Source of the DNA: Myxococcales bacterium
GTDB taxonomy: Bacteria > Myxococcota > Myxococcia > Myxococcales > Anaeromyxobacteraceae
Assembly: GCA_038320275.1 (NCBI GenBank)
Contig: JBBQEB010000090.1
Span: 1-15,359, forward strand
Direction of reading: 5' to 3'
DNA: 15,359 nucleotides
Shown here: one piece after another, positions 6,097-15,343 of the stretch
Layout: each line of letters begins with the position of its first letter
Position numbering within the stretch: position 1 is the first letter of the stretch
Program-made: the position numbers and the translations under genes
Notes under the pieces: model-generated
Told to the model about the DNA's origin: nothing
The model's database searches: none
The model's input: only the letters and a program-made list of their open reading frames with translations

Positions 6097-6786
6097 TCAG
6101 CGGTGGTGCGGCGTAGGCGCGGAGGCATGTCCGCCGCCGCCTCGGTACCCGCCGCCGCGCGCGCCCGGCGCTGGAGCGTAACGGGGTCCGTAGCCGCCTC
6201 GGTATCCGCCGCCATACCCGCCGCGGTAGCCGCCGCCGTACCAGTTCCGGTAGCCGCCGTACCCGCCGCGGTAGGGTCCGCCCCACCCCGCCCAGCGAGT
6301 GCCCCAGCCGCCGCCGTACCAGCCGAAGCGGGCGTAGCCGTAGGAGCCGAAATACGGTTGCGGTCCGTAGCCCCACAGCCAGGGCGCGACCACCCAGCTC
6401 CAGCCCAGCGCGGGGCCATACACGTACATGTACGGCTCGCCGATGGTGCCGGCGGGGAAGGACGCGTAGGACTCGCCGTACGGCATCCAGATCCAGCCGT
6501 ACTGGTCCGTGTACACCCACTGCCCACCGGGTGACGCCGCCGGAGCCCGCGAGTCGACGCCAGCAGACGGCGCTCGAGCCTGCGGCGGCGGGGAGGTGAT
6601 GGGCGGTGTCGCCCGCTCCGGCTCGGCCTCTCCTGCTGCGAAGGGCGTCGCAGGGGTGCTCCCCATGCCCGCTTCGTCCGGTAGGGTGGGCGCGTTGGCT
6701 TGGGCGCGCGCGAACGGGGGCGCCAGGGCGAGGACGGTGAGGAGCGGCAGGGCTGCGCTACGAAGTGCGGAAGTGTGGGTCGTCAC
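6097..6786 (-). CDS. Secreted hypothetical protein (229 aa) with a Trp/Tyr-rich (DUF6600-like) motif and a Gly/Tyr/Arg low-complexity tail
   Basis: GTG start with an AGAGAGG RBS. Sec signal peptide ends FARA|Q, followed by a Pro-rich linker, GQWVYTDQYGWIWMPYG and GWSWVVAPW motifs, and C-terminal GGGYRGGY repeats. Confidence 0.8.
   Translation of the reverse strand: MTTHTSALRSAALPLLTVLALAPPFARAQANAPTLPDEAGMGSTPATPFAAGEAEPERATPPITSPPPQARAPSAGVDSRAPAASPGGQWVYTDQYGWIWMPYGESYASFPAGTIGEPYMYVYGPALGWSWVVAPWLWGYGPQPYFGSYGYARFGWYGGGWGTRWAGWGGPYRGGYGGYRNWYGGGYRGGYGGGYRGGYGPRYAPAPGARGGGYRGGGGHASAPTPHHR
6178..6285 (-). repeat. Coding imperfect tandem repeat encoding (G)GGYRGGY units
   Basis: The peptide reads GGPYRGGYGGYRNWYGGGYRGGYGGGYRGGYGPRY, with recurring plus-strand CCGTAGCCGCC / CCCGCCGCGGTAG words. 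Confidence 0.7.
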
Positions 6787-7032
6787 GGCGAACCTCTCTT
6801 CAGCATCATAGTACCTCCCCAGGCGTTCGTCCCGAGGCGGCCTTCCAGGAAGGCGCCGATTCGCTCGTCAGGTCGAGCTGGCGAGCCCCACGCCGGAGGC
6901 CTCGGCCGGGGCGGGCCCGGCGAGCTCACAGCGGAGCCCGCTTGGTCTGAGCCCGTCGCCAGGCACACGATGCCGTCGGCATCGGCAGGCAGCGTGCGCC
7001 GCAGCAGGGATCCCATCGAGCGGTCTCCGGTA

Positions 7033-9414
7033 TCACGGCTCTGCGCTCCCCCGCACCGTGAAGCGTGCGCTCGCGAGCGGCGCCGCTCCCGCCGGTTCCC
7101 AGAGCTCCACCCGGTGCGCGCCGGGACGGGCCGGTAGCCGCTCCACGAAGGGCGGCTCGAGCGGGAGGACGAGCCCATCGTCGGTGCGGGCCTCCAGCCG
7201 GCGCGTCCCCGCGGGCGCGCGCACGCGCAGCGGGATGGCCTGCGCCTCGCCGGGGATCCCCGCCTCGAGGAGGTACGCGTCTCCATCGCCCGGGAGGAGG
7301 ATGCGCGCCTCCTGGCCGGGGTCGCCGCGCGGCTCGGCCCGCTGGGCGGCATCCTCGAACCAAGGCCCGGCCTCCAGCCCTTCCGCGCGCGCCCAGGCAT
7401 AGAAGGCGGGACCCACGTCGAGCACCGGCGCGCCAGCCGCTCCGCCGGACGGGTGACCCTGCCCCCCGCTCGCGAGCCTGCGGTGCATGGGGCAGCTCTC
7501 CGTGGGCGCCGTGCCGGGCAGGAAGCGCTCCTGCACCGCGGAGGGACAGGACGGGCCCGCGAGCCGACCCGAGACGGCGCACACCCCCGCGCGCTCGAAG
7601 TGGCCGGGAAGGACGAGCGGCCTGGGGGTGATCCCGCGCATGGCGCGCGACATGAGCCGCCCGAAGATGGGCGCCGCGCCGGCGATGCCCGAGAGGCCGT
7701 GCATGGGCCGGCCGTCGAAGTTTCCCGCCCAGACCGCGACCGTGCGCTCGGCGGTGAAGCCCACCGTCCAGATGTCCACCGAGGCGCGACTGGTGCCGGT
7801 CTTGGCCGCGACGGGGAAAGGGAGCCGCAGGGCGTTGTCGGAGCCGAACGCCGGAGCGCGAGCGACCTCGTCGGAGAGGATGTCGGTGAGGAGCTCGACG
7901 GCGGGCGCTGGCAGGAAGCGGCGCGGCGCGAGCTCCGCGGGGACGGGCAGCGGCCGCCCCGCGGCGTCGCGCGCGCCGCGGATCTCCACCAGCCCCTCCA
8001 CGACGCCCCCGCGCGCGAGCCCGCGATAAGCGCGGGCGAGCTCGCGCAGGGACACGTCGCCGTTCCCGAGCACGATGCCCACCCCGTAGTGCGAGGCGTC
8101 GCGGTCGAGCGACGCGAAGCCCGCCGCGCGCAGCGTGCGGAGCACCTCGCCGGGCCCGAGCGCGTCGGCGAGCGCCACCGCCGGCACGTTGTAGCTGTTG
8201 GCGAGGGCGGCGCGGAGCCGAACCGGGCCGTGCACCCGCCGGTCGTAGTTGCGCGGCACGTAGTCGCCGGCCGGCGTGGCGAGGTGGACCTCGAGGTCGG
8301 AGAGGAGCGTCGCCGGGGTGCGCCCGCGGGCGAGGGCGAGCCCGTAGGCGAAGGGCTTGAGCGCGCTGCCCGGCTGGCGCAGCCCGCGCACGCCGTCGTT
8401 CTGCCCCAGGCGTTCGGCGTCGAGGAAGTCGGCGGAGCCCACGTACGCGAGCACCTCGCCCGTCGCGTTGTCCACCACGACGGCGGCCGCCTGCTCCACG
8501 CGCCCGCGGGCCAGCTCCCGCCGGAGCAGCCCCTCGGCGTCCGCCTGCAGCCCGGCGTCGATGCTCGTCTCCACCGTGGCGGCGCCCTGAAGCCCGAGGC
8601 GCGGCAGGTCGTGGAGCAGCGCCTCCACGAGGTGCGGCGCACCGAAGGCTCCGGAGGGTGGGGCGAGATCGAAGGGCGCCTCCGCGGCCACCCGGGCCTC
8701 CACCGCTCCCAGGAAGCCGGCGGCGACCATCCGCCGCAGGACCTGCGCCGCCCCGGCGCGCGCCGCGTCGGGATGCCGCGCGGGATCGAGCCGGGCGGGC
8801 GAACGCGCCATGCTGGCGAGGAGGGCGGCTTGACCGGCCGAGAGCGACCGGGCGGGCCTCCCGAAGTAGCGCTGGGCCGCCGCCTCGACGCCGTACAGAT
8901 CTCGCCCGAGCGCCACCCGGTCGAGATAGCCGCGGAGGATCGCCTCGCGCGGTAGATTCACGGTCAGTCGCACCGCCCAGAGCGCCTCCTGGAGCTTGCC
9001 GGCCAGCGACCGCCGCCGAGGGACGAGCTGCCGCGCGAGCTGGGCGGTGAGGGTCGACGCGCCGCTCACGATCCGGCGGGCGCGGAGGTTCTGCAGCGCG
9101 GCGCGGGCGACGGCAAGCGGGTCGACGCCCGGATGGAGCCCGAAGCGCCGGTCCTCCGCCGCGAGGAAGGCGGCTCGCACCAGCGGTGGCACCGGCTCGT
9201 GGGCGGGGAGCCCCAGGCTGCGGCCGTCGCCGCGCGAGAGCACCTCGCGCAGGAGACCTCCGTCGCGGTCGACGAACCGGATCGACGCCGCTGGCCTCCC
9301 GTCGAGCAGTCCCCGAGGGAGCGGAAGCAGGGCGAAGCCGAGCGCGGCGGCGAGCGCGAGCCCCGAGGCGAGGGCGGCCGCGCGGCCGGCGCGGCGGAGC
9401 CTGGCCGCCATCAT
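7033..9414 (-). CDS. pbpC: Penicillin-binding protein 1C (transglycosylase + transpeptidase + C-terminal domain, ~793 aa)
   Basis: N-terminal TM anchor. Transglycosylase motifs AAEDRRF, HPGVDP, GASTLTAQLAR and KLQE; transpeptidase SxxK (GSALKP), SxN (NSYN) and KTG. It lies directly downstream of the A2M gene, the established yfhM-pbpC arrangement. The start is ATG 9414 or GTG 9423; the track's extension to 9750 overlaps A2M. Confidence 0.95.
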   Translation of the reverse strand: MMAARLRRAGRAAALASGLALAAALGFALLPLPRGLLDGRPAASIRFVDRDGGLLREVLSRGDGRSLGLPAHEPVPPLVRAAFLAAEDRRFGLHPGVDPLAVARAALQNLRARRIVSGASTLTAQLARQLVPRRRSLAGKLQEALWAVRLTVNLPREAILRGYLDRVALGRDLYGVEAAAQRYFGRPARSLSAGQAALLASMARSPARLDPARHPDAARAGAAQVLRRMVAAGFLGAVEARVAAEAPFDLAPPSGAFGAPHLVEALLHDLPRLGLQGAATVETSIDAGLQADAEGLLRRELARGRVEQAAAVVVDNATGEVLAYVGSADFLDAERLGQNDGVRGLRQPGSALKPFAYGLALARGRTPATLLSDLEVHLATPAGDYVPRNYDRRVHGPVRLRAALANSYNVPAVALADALGPGEVLRTLRAAGFASLDRDASHYGVGIVLGNGDVSLRELARAYRGLARGGVVEGLVEIRGARDAAGRPLPVPAELAPRRFLPAPAVELLTDILSDEVARAPAFGSDNALRLPFPVAAKTGTSRASVDIWTVGFTAERTVAVWAGNFDGRPMHGLSGIAGAAPIFGRLMSRAMRGITPRPLVLPGHFERAGVCAVSGRLAGPSCPSAVQERFLPGTAPTESCPMHRRLASGGQGHPSGGAAGAPVLDVGPAFYAWARAEGLEAGPWFEDAAQRAEPRGDPGQEARILLPGDGDAYLLEAGIPGEAQAIPLRVRAPAGTRRLEARTDDGLVLPLEPPFVERLPARPGAHRVELWEPAGAAPLASARFTVRGSAEP

Positions 9415-9427
9415 GGGCCGCACGCGC

Positions 9428-12400
9428 TCACCGCGCCGACACCGGGACCGCGTCCAGCACGGCGAAGCTCCCGCCGCTGGAGCGGCCGAAGACCTCCGGC
9501 GCGTACATCTCCTCGGCGCGCGCCGGGACGAGGAGGAAGGTCCCGGGGGTGGTGGCGCGCGCGACGAAGCTCGCCACGTGCACGCCGGGCGGCAGCGCGT
9601 CGGCGAAGAGGAGCACCCGGTCGTCGCGGATCTCGGTCCGGTCGAACGGGCTCCAGAACGACGCCTCCCAGGGGGAAGCGTCCTCGGGCTTGGAGAGGTC
9701 GCCCGCGGATTCGTAGGCGTATCCGGGCCCGCCCGCCTCCTCGGGGCCACCGCTCAGGGTGGCGGTGCTCGCGAGCGAGGTGTCCACCGCCTCCAGCCCG
9801 CTCGGGAGCGGCACCTCCACGGCGACGAAGTTACGCGCCATGTGGCTCGCCACCCGCACCCGCACCCGCAGGAGCTCGCCGGCCCGGACGGCCCGCACCT
9901 GGCCGCCGCCGGCGTACGGCTCGAGCCACCGCTGCACCGTGAGGCCGCGCTCGAGCGGCTCCTGGGGTGGAACGGAGGGGGCATAGCGGAGGAGGACGCC
10001 GTAGGAGAGGATCCCCGCGCTCCCGTCGCGCAGGATGTCGAGCGGCAGCTTGCCGCCGGTCGGCAGCTGGGCCATGGGCAGCTCGCGCCGGACCACCGCC
10101 AGCGAGCGCCCCCGGAACGGCGCCTGGGCGATCTCCTTCCCACCGAGGGAGACGCGGCCCACGAAATCCGGCGTCTCTCGCTCGCGGGTGCGCACCACCT
10201 GGGTCAGCGCCATCAATGCCCAGGCAGACTCCTGCGTGTTGCGGAAGCTTCCGTCCGGCCTGCGCGCCCGCACCAGCCAGGCGGCGAGCTTCGGGACGTA
10301 CGGGTGGTCCGGGGACACGGTGGCGAGGAGCTGCAGGACCATCGCGCTGGTGCGCGCGTCGGAGGACCAGGCAGCGGCATAGGTCCGGGCGTCAGCCTCC
10401 TGGAAGTGGACCTCCGAGGGCGACTCCACCGCGTGGGCGAGCAGCTCGGCGAGGAGCTGGCGCGCCTGGCCGCGATCGCCCCCGCCCGCGAACATGGCGT
10501 CCGCGAGCAGCGCCTGCCCGAAGAGCGGCATCGCGCCGCGCCGCGCGAAGAGCTCGCCGTAGGAGGAGGCGCGCGGGGCGCCGGTGCGGGCGAGCGCGTC
10601 GAGGGCGAAGGCGCGGGTGGCGTCATCGGGCGGCGCGCAGCCGAAGCCGCAGCGGGTGCACACGCCAGCCGCGACGACGTTGCCCAGGAAGGCCTGGCCG
10701 CGCGCGAGCGCCGCCCGGTCGACAGGATAGCCCACCTCGGCGGCGCGCCCGAGCGCGAGCACGGCGTAGGCCGAGCCGAGCTCGCTGGAGCAGCGGGAGC
10801 CGTCCCAGTAGCGGTAGCCCCCGTCCCCGTTCTGGAGGGCCTCGATGGCTCGCACGGTGCGGCGAACCACCTCGTCGGGCTGGCGGGCCTTCGAGATGGG
10901 CTGGGGACCCCCGCCGCCCAGGAGCTCCGCGAGCGGGTCGCCTTCGTGCGTCGCCTCGGCGCCGGGCGCCGGCAGGGAGACGCCGAAGGTGCCTCTCAGC
11001 TCCCGGAGCGCGATGAACGGCACCAGTCGCGACGAGAGCTGCTCCAGGCAACCGTACGGGTAGTCGACGAGCTGGCGCATGCCTTCGGCGAGCCCGCCGA
11101 GCGCGGTGGAGGCCATCGTCACCTCCAGCCCGCCCACGTCGCGCCGCACGCCGCCCGGTGGCACGAGCGCCTCGCGGCGGGCCCCGCGAGTGTCTCCGTA
11201 CACCGCCACCGCCTCCATGCCCACCGGGAGCTTCACCGGGAGCCTCGCCTCGACCCCGTCTCGCTCGCCGCCCCCCGCCACCTGGAAGCGCAGCACCGCC
11301 TCGCCGGGAGCGTCCGCGCGGAACCGGAAGCGCACCTCGCGCGCCTTGCCGCCGTCGAGCGTCACCGCCTGCGTGGCGGGGCTCTCGAGGGCGAGCCCGC
11401 TCGCCTGCGCCGTCACCGACACCTGGCGCGGGGAGCCGGATGGAGCGTGCACCACCACCCCTGCCTCGAAGACGTCGCCCACCCGCGCCACCCGGGGGAG
11501 CGCGGGGAGCGCGAGGAGCGGCTTCGAGACGGTGATCGCGGAGCCGCCGCTGCCCGAGCGATCACCCTTCGTCAGGGCCACCGCCATCAGGCGGTAGGTG
11601 GTGAGGTTGTCGGGCAGGTGGAGCTCCACCTCGGCGCGGCCCGAGGCGTCGGTCACCACCTCCGGCAGGTAGAGCGCGGTCGTCTGGAACCGCGAGCGGA
11701 AGCCGGCGCCGGCCGCATCGGCACCGCCGCTGCCGCCTTCGGGGAAGCCCTTCTCGCCGTACAAGCGCCGCAGCACGAGGTGCGCGAGCGGCTCGCCCGT
11801 CCGCACCGAGAGGCCGCGCGGCGGGTGGATCATCGCGACCGGGTCGGGCACCTGGTAGCCGGTGAGGCGCAGCACGCCCTCGTCCACCGCCCAGACCGCC
11901 AACTCCGCCTTCGTCCCGTGCCCACGCCAGTCCTTCACCTGCACCCGCACGCGGACCTTCTCGCCCGGGCGAGCCACGGCTCGCTCCGGCGCGATCGCCA
12001 CCTCGAGCCGCTTCCTCCGCTCTTCCACGTGGATCTGCGCGTAGCCGATGCGGACCGCCGGCCGGCCGGGATCGTTCCGCACGCCCGGCGAGCCCTCCCC
12101 CGGCACGCGCCCCCGCACGAGGACCACGCTCACGAAGACGTTGGGGATGGCCCTCGCGCCGAGCGGCACCTCGAGAGACGTCGCCGCGCCGGAGAGGTGC
12201 ACCCTGCGCGCCGAGAGGACGCCCTCCCGCTCCACCGTGAGGAGCGCCTCGGCCTCGGGGTACGGGCTTTTCACCAGGATGCGGGCCGTCTCGCCCACGG
12301 CGTAGCGCTGCTTGTCGGAGACCAGATCGAGCCGGTCGGTGTCGTTCCGCTGCCAGGAGACCCAGCCGCCGCCCACCACGTAGAAGGGCATGCGCGTGGT

Positions 12401-15343
12401 CTGGGCGCGTCCGCGCCCGTCCCGCAGTCCCACCTCCACCACGTACAGTCCGGGGCGGTCCGGCCGGAAGGCGCAGGCCACGGGTCCCGGTGCGGAGACG
12501 AGCTCGCTGCTCCAGACGAGCTTCTCGAAGGGCTCGGTGAGGGTGCTCCAGCGGTCGCCCACGCCCTTCTTCCGGATCGAGCGCCATTCCCGGCGCTTCA
12601 CCTGGAGCGCGAGCGGGACGCCGGCCTCGCGCGCTCCGCCGGGCGTGGCTGCCACGGCCTCCAGCACCACCTCCTTGCCGGCTTCGGCGAAGCTCGCCGA
12701 CCGCCGCCGCACGCCGGCGTAGAGCGCAGCGGGATGGACCGTCACCGTGGCCCGGTTGGAGATGCGTTGCCGATCGACGTCCGCCACCTCCGCCTCCAGG
12801 GTGTACTCCCACGTGCGGCCAGCGGGCGCCTCGGCGACCCCCGCCTCGATGGCTGCGCCGCCCGTTGCGTCGGCCTCCCCGCTGCCACTCGCGAACACGC
12901 CAGCGGAGGGCGCGGGCGCCTCGTCGTCCCACCCCCAGCTTCCCACCCCGAAGCTGAAGCCGGCGTTTCCTGGCGGCTCGAAGGCCACGGTCGAGCGGTG
13001 CACCGTCCAGCGCACCGCCGCGCCAGACATGGCGCCGCCGAACAGGTAGCGCGCCAGCACGCGGCCGCGCAGCGGCTCCAGCGCGACGAGATCCTTCGTG
13101 GGAAGCTCCACGTCCACGCGGAACCGGGGCGAGCGGTACTCCTCCACGCGAAACGAGCCGTCGTGCTCCACCGGCCCCGAAGCCACCTTTCCGCGGGACG
13201 CGACGGTGAAGGTGCCGAGCGGCGCGTCGGGAGGAAGCTCCACGTCGGCGCTGAAGGTGCCGTAGGCGGTGGTGGCGACGGGCCGCTCCAGGAGCTTCTT
13301 CCCGGCGGAACTGGTGACGGTGAGGGTCAGGGCCGTTTTCGCCGGAGGGGCGAGGATCCTGCCCAGCCGGCGGTAGCGCACGATTCCCTTCAGGTGAACG
13401 GTGTCTCCGGGCCGGTACACGCCGCGCTCGGCGAAGACGGCGCCCAGGCTCCTGGGCGCGGTCCCGTCCCAGTCGGTGGGCAGGTCGTAGGCGTGCGCGC
13501 CCGCGTCGGCGGACCAGGTGGAGAGCGTCACGCCCGTGTCCTCGCCCAGGGTCGCGGCGAGGAGGGCGAAGGGGGCTGGATCCCAGCTCCTCAGTACCCG
13601 GAGCCCCAGCGTGGCGAGGCCGGGCACCTCGGCGAGGCCATCGCGGCTGGTGCTGCCGCGCCACCGCACCGCACCCTTCTCGTCGTGGAGCGCGAGGGCC
13701 GCCCCCTCCACTGGCTTGCCGGTCGAGAGCCGGGTGACCCAGGCGACGCCGCTCGTCGCGCCCAGCTTGGCGTGCACGGCGAGATCGGTGAGCTGCCCCA
13801 GCACCCGCTGCGGCCTCCGCCAGCCCTCGGGAAGCTCGGGCGGCGCCTCCACCTCGACCAGGAAGAGCCCTGTGCGCTTTCCGCCGAGGAAGGGCCGTAG
13901 CGCGAGCGGCTGGGTGCGGAGCGCGTTCCGCCTCGCGCGCACGTCGAGCGTGAAGTCCTGAGGGACGCCGGGCGGCTCGGCTCGTGCCGCGCCGGGGGAG
14001 GGCACGCCCAGGCGTGCCACGCCGGAGGGGTCGAGGCTCCACACCCGTCCGGTGAGGCGGGTGAGGTTCGTCGTCTCCACGGGCAGCGCCCCGTCGCCCT
14101 CCGCCTCCAGCAGGGCGACCCCGTCACCGAGGTCGAAGCGGGGCTCCAGGTCGGAGGTGGTGAGCTCGCCTCGAGACTCCGGGCCAAACTGTCCGTGAAC
14201 ATCCTTCCACCCGGGCCCCAGCCGCACCTGGTAGCGGGTGCCGGGCCGGAACTTTCCGGGGACGATGAGGCGCGGCGAGCGCGCGGCGGTGCCGGCCTGC
14301 GACTGCACGCGCTCCCACTCCACCTCGACAGGAGGGACGATCGAGAGCGTCTCCCGGAGCGAGTCCACGTCCACCGGGTTGCTGGTGCTGATGAGGAGCG
14401 GTCCATAGGAGCAGCGGTCGCCCGGGGAGCATCCGCTGAAGCCCTCCGCCCGCAGGCGGCCGTAGGTGCGAAAAGACCAGCTCGCGGGCTCCGCCTCGAG
14501 CGGTCCCTCCGCACTGCGCAGTCCCGCGACGAGCTCGAGCCCCACCTCGCGATCGGCGGGCAGCGGCCGGCCTGGGGTCAGCTCGTAACGGACGCGCCGA
14601 TCCTGCGAGGGGGCGGCGCCCGGCTGCGCGGCGGGAGGGCTCCGCCCCTCTGCCCGGGCTCGAGCCGCCTCCGCCTCCGCACGTTCGGCGGCGAGGCTCG
14701 TCTCTTTCGTCAGCGCGAGCGGCCACGCCTCACCCCCCACCGTGAGCTTCACCCGCAGCGCCAGGTCCGCCACCGGTTGGTCCATCGTCAGCGCGAAGGT
14801 CTGTCTCGGCGTGAGCCAGCGCGAGCCCGGCACGGGCTTCACCGCCTGCACCTGCGGCCGGGGGGTCTCGAAGCTGAAGGTGTAGGGCTCCCGAAGCGTG
14901 CTGCCGTCCACCGCCCGGAGCCCTGCCGGCACGGTGACGGTGTAGCGGGTGGACAGGCGCAGGGCGCCCTCCGGGACGAATTCCACCGTCGCCGAGCCGA
15001 GCCACTTCCAGGTTCCCGGGAAGGGCGGATCGATGCGGGCGGGCGGGGGCTGCGCCTCCTCGGTCACCCCGCCCAGCGCGACCACCGGCAGGGAGAAGGT
15101 GATCGCGGGACGAAAGTTCCCGGTGGCGACACCCGTCGGGCGCGCCACCACCACCGCCAGCCCACCCCCGGCGCCGGGCAACGGTTCCGGCACGATCCGG
15201 GGCGGAGCGGGAGCTGGGAGCGGCGCCAAGGCCGCGAGCCCGGGCTCTGGCGGCGCGCCGCCCTGGCGATCGCCGCGCGCGCTGCCGATGGTGAGCGCGA
15301 CCGCGGCGACGGCCGCGGCGAGCCCCACGAGAGGCGTTCTCAT
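9428..15343 (-). CDS. yfhM: Bacterial alpha-2-macroglobulin (1971 aa)
   Basis: Motifs TDLAVHAK, ERGVYRPGDTV, FRVEEY, AVDEGVL, LPDNLTTYR, YPYGCLEQ (thioester, CLEQ at 11050-11039), NTQE, RDDRV and PARAEEMY. N-terminal signal peptide, a GGGGAG RBS, and pbpC immediately downstream. Confidence 0.97.
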   Translation of the reverse strand: MRTPLVGLAAAVAAVALTIGSARGDRQGGAPPEPGLAALAPLPAPAPPRIVPEPLPGAGGGLAVVVARPTGVATGNFRPAITFSLPVVALGGVTEEAQPPPARIDPPFPGTWKWLGSATVEFVPEGALRLSTRYTVTVPAGLRAVDGSTLREPYTFSFETPRPQVQAVKPVPGSRWLTPRQTFALTMDQPVADLALRVKLTVGGEAWPLALTKETSLAAERAEAEAARARAEGRSPPAAQPGAAPSQDRRVRYELTPGRPLPADREVGLELVAGLRSAEGPLEAEPASWSFRTYGRLRAEGFSGCSPGDRCSYGPLLISTSNPVDVDSLRETLSIVPPVEVEWERVQSQAGTAARSPRLIVPGKFRPGTRYQVRLGPGWKDVHGQFGPESRGELTTSDLEPRFDLGDGVALLEAEGDGALPVETTNLTRLTGRVWSLDPSGVARLGVPSPGAARAEPPGVPQDFTLDVRARRNALRTQPLALRPFLGGKRTGLFLVEVEAPPELPEGWRRPQRVLGQLTDLAVHAKLGATSGVAWVTRLSTGKPVEGAALALHDEKGAVRWRGSTSRDGLAEVPGLATLGLRVLRSWDPAPFALLAATLGEDTGVTLSTWSADAGAHAYDLPTDWDGTAPRSLGAVFAERGVYRPGDTVHLKGIVRYRRLGRILAPPAKTALTLTVTSSAGKKLLERPVATTAYGTFSADVELPPDAPLGTFTVASRGKVASGPVEHDGSFRVEEYRSPRFRVDVELPTKDLVALEPLRGRVLARYLFGGAMSGAAVRWTVHRSTVAFEPPGNAGFSFGVGSWGWDDEAPAPSAGVFASGSGEADATGGAAIEAGVAEAPAGRTWEYTLEAEVADVDRQRISNRATVTVHPAALYAGVRRRSASFAEAGKEVVLEAVAATPGGAREAGVPLALQVKRREWRSIRKKGVGDRWSTLTEPFEKLVWSSELVSAPGPVACAFRPDRPGLYVVEVGLRDGRGRAQTTRMPFYVVGGGWVSWQRNDTDRLDLVSDKQRYAVGETARILVKSPYPEAEALLTVEREGVLSARRVHLSGAATSLEVPLGARAIPNVFVSVVLVRGRVPGEGSPGVRNDPGRPAVRIGYAQIHVEERRKRLEVAIAPERAVARPGEKVRVRVQVKDWRGHGTKAELAVWAVDEGVLRLTGYQVPDPVAMIHPPRGLSVRTGEPLAHLVLRRLYGEKGFPEGGSGGADAAGAGFRSRFQTTALYLPEVVTDASGRAEVELHLPDNLTTYRLMAVALTKGDRSGSGGSAITVSKPLLALPALPRVARVGDVFEAGVVVHAPSGSPRQVSVTAQASGLALESPATQAVTLDGGKAREVRFRFRADAPGEAVLRFQVAGGGERDGVEARLPVKLPVGMEAVAVYGDTRGARREALVPPGGVRRDVGGLEVTMASTALGGLAEGMRQLVDYPYGCLEQLSSRLVPFIALRELRGTFGVSLPAPGAEATHEGDPLAELLGGGGPQPISKARQPDEVVRRTVRAIEALQNGDGGYRYWDGSRCSSELGSAYAVLALGRAAEVGYPVDRAALARGQAFLGNVVAAGVCTRCGFGCAPPDDATRAFALDALARTGAPRASSYGELFARRGAMPLFGQALLADAMFAGGGDRGQARQLLAELLAHAVESPSEVHFQEADARTYAAAWSSDARTSAMVLQLLATVSPDHPYVPKLAAWLVRARRPDGSFRNTQESAWALMALTQVVRTRERETPDFVGRVSLGGKEIAQAPFRGRSLAVVRRELPMAQLPTGGKLPLDILRDGSAGILSYGVLLRYAPSVPPQEPLERGLTVQRWLEPYAGGGQVRAVRAGELLRVRVRVASHMARNFVAVEVPLPSGLEAVDTSLASTATLSGGPEEAGGPGYAYESAGDLSKPEDASPWEASFWSPFDRTEIRDDRVLLFADALPPGVHVASFVARATTPGTFLLVPARAEEMYAPEVFGRSSGGSFAVLDAVPVSAR

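Noticed and set aside
9415..9750. N-terminal extension of pbpC in the track ORF
   Set aside because: It overlaps the conserved A2M C-terminus in another frame. The PbpC membrane anchor begins after ATG 9414.
8996..13900. 1634-aa plus-strand ORF, and other long antisense ORFs such as 3090..5252 and 7453..8955
   Set aside because: These are antisense shadows of A2M, pbpC and SNF2, caused by stop-codon scarcity at high GC. They are Arg/Gly/Ala/His-rich with no recognisable motifs.
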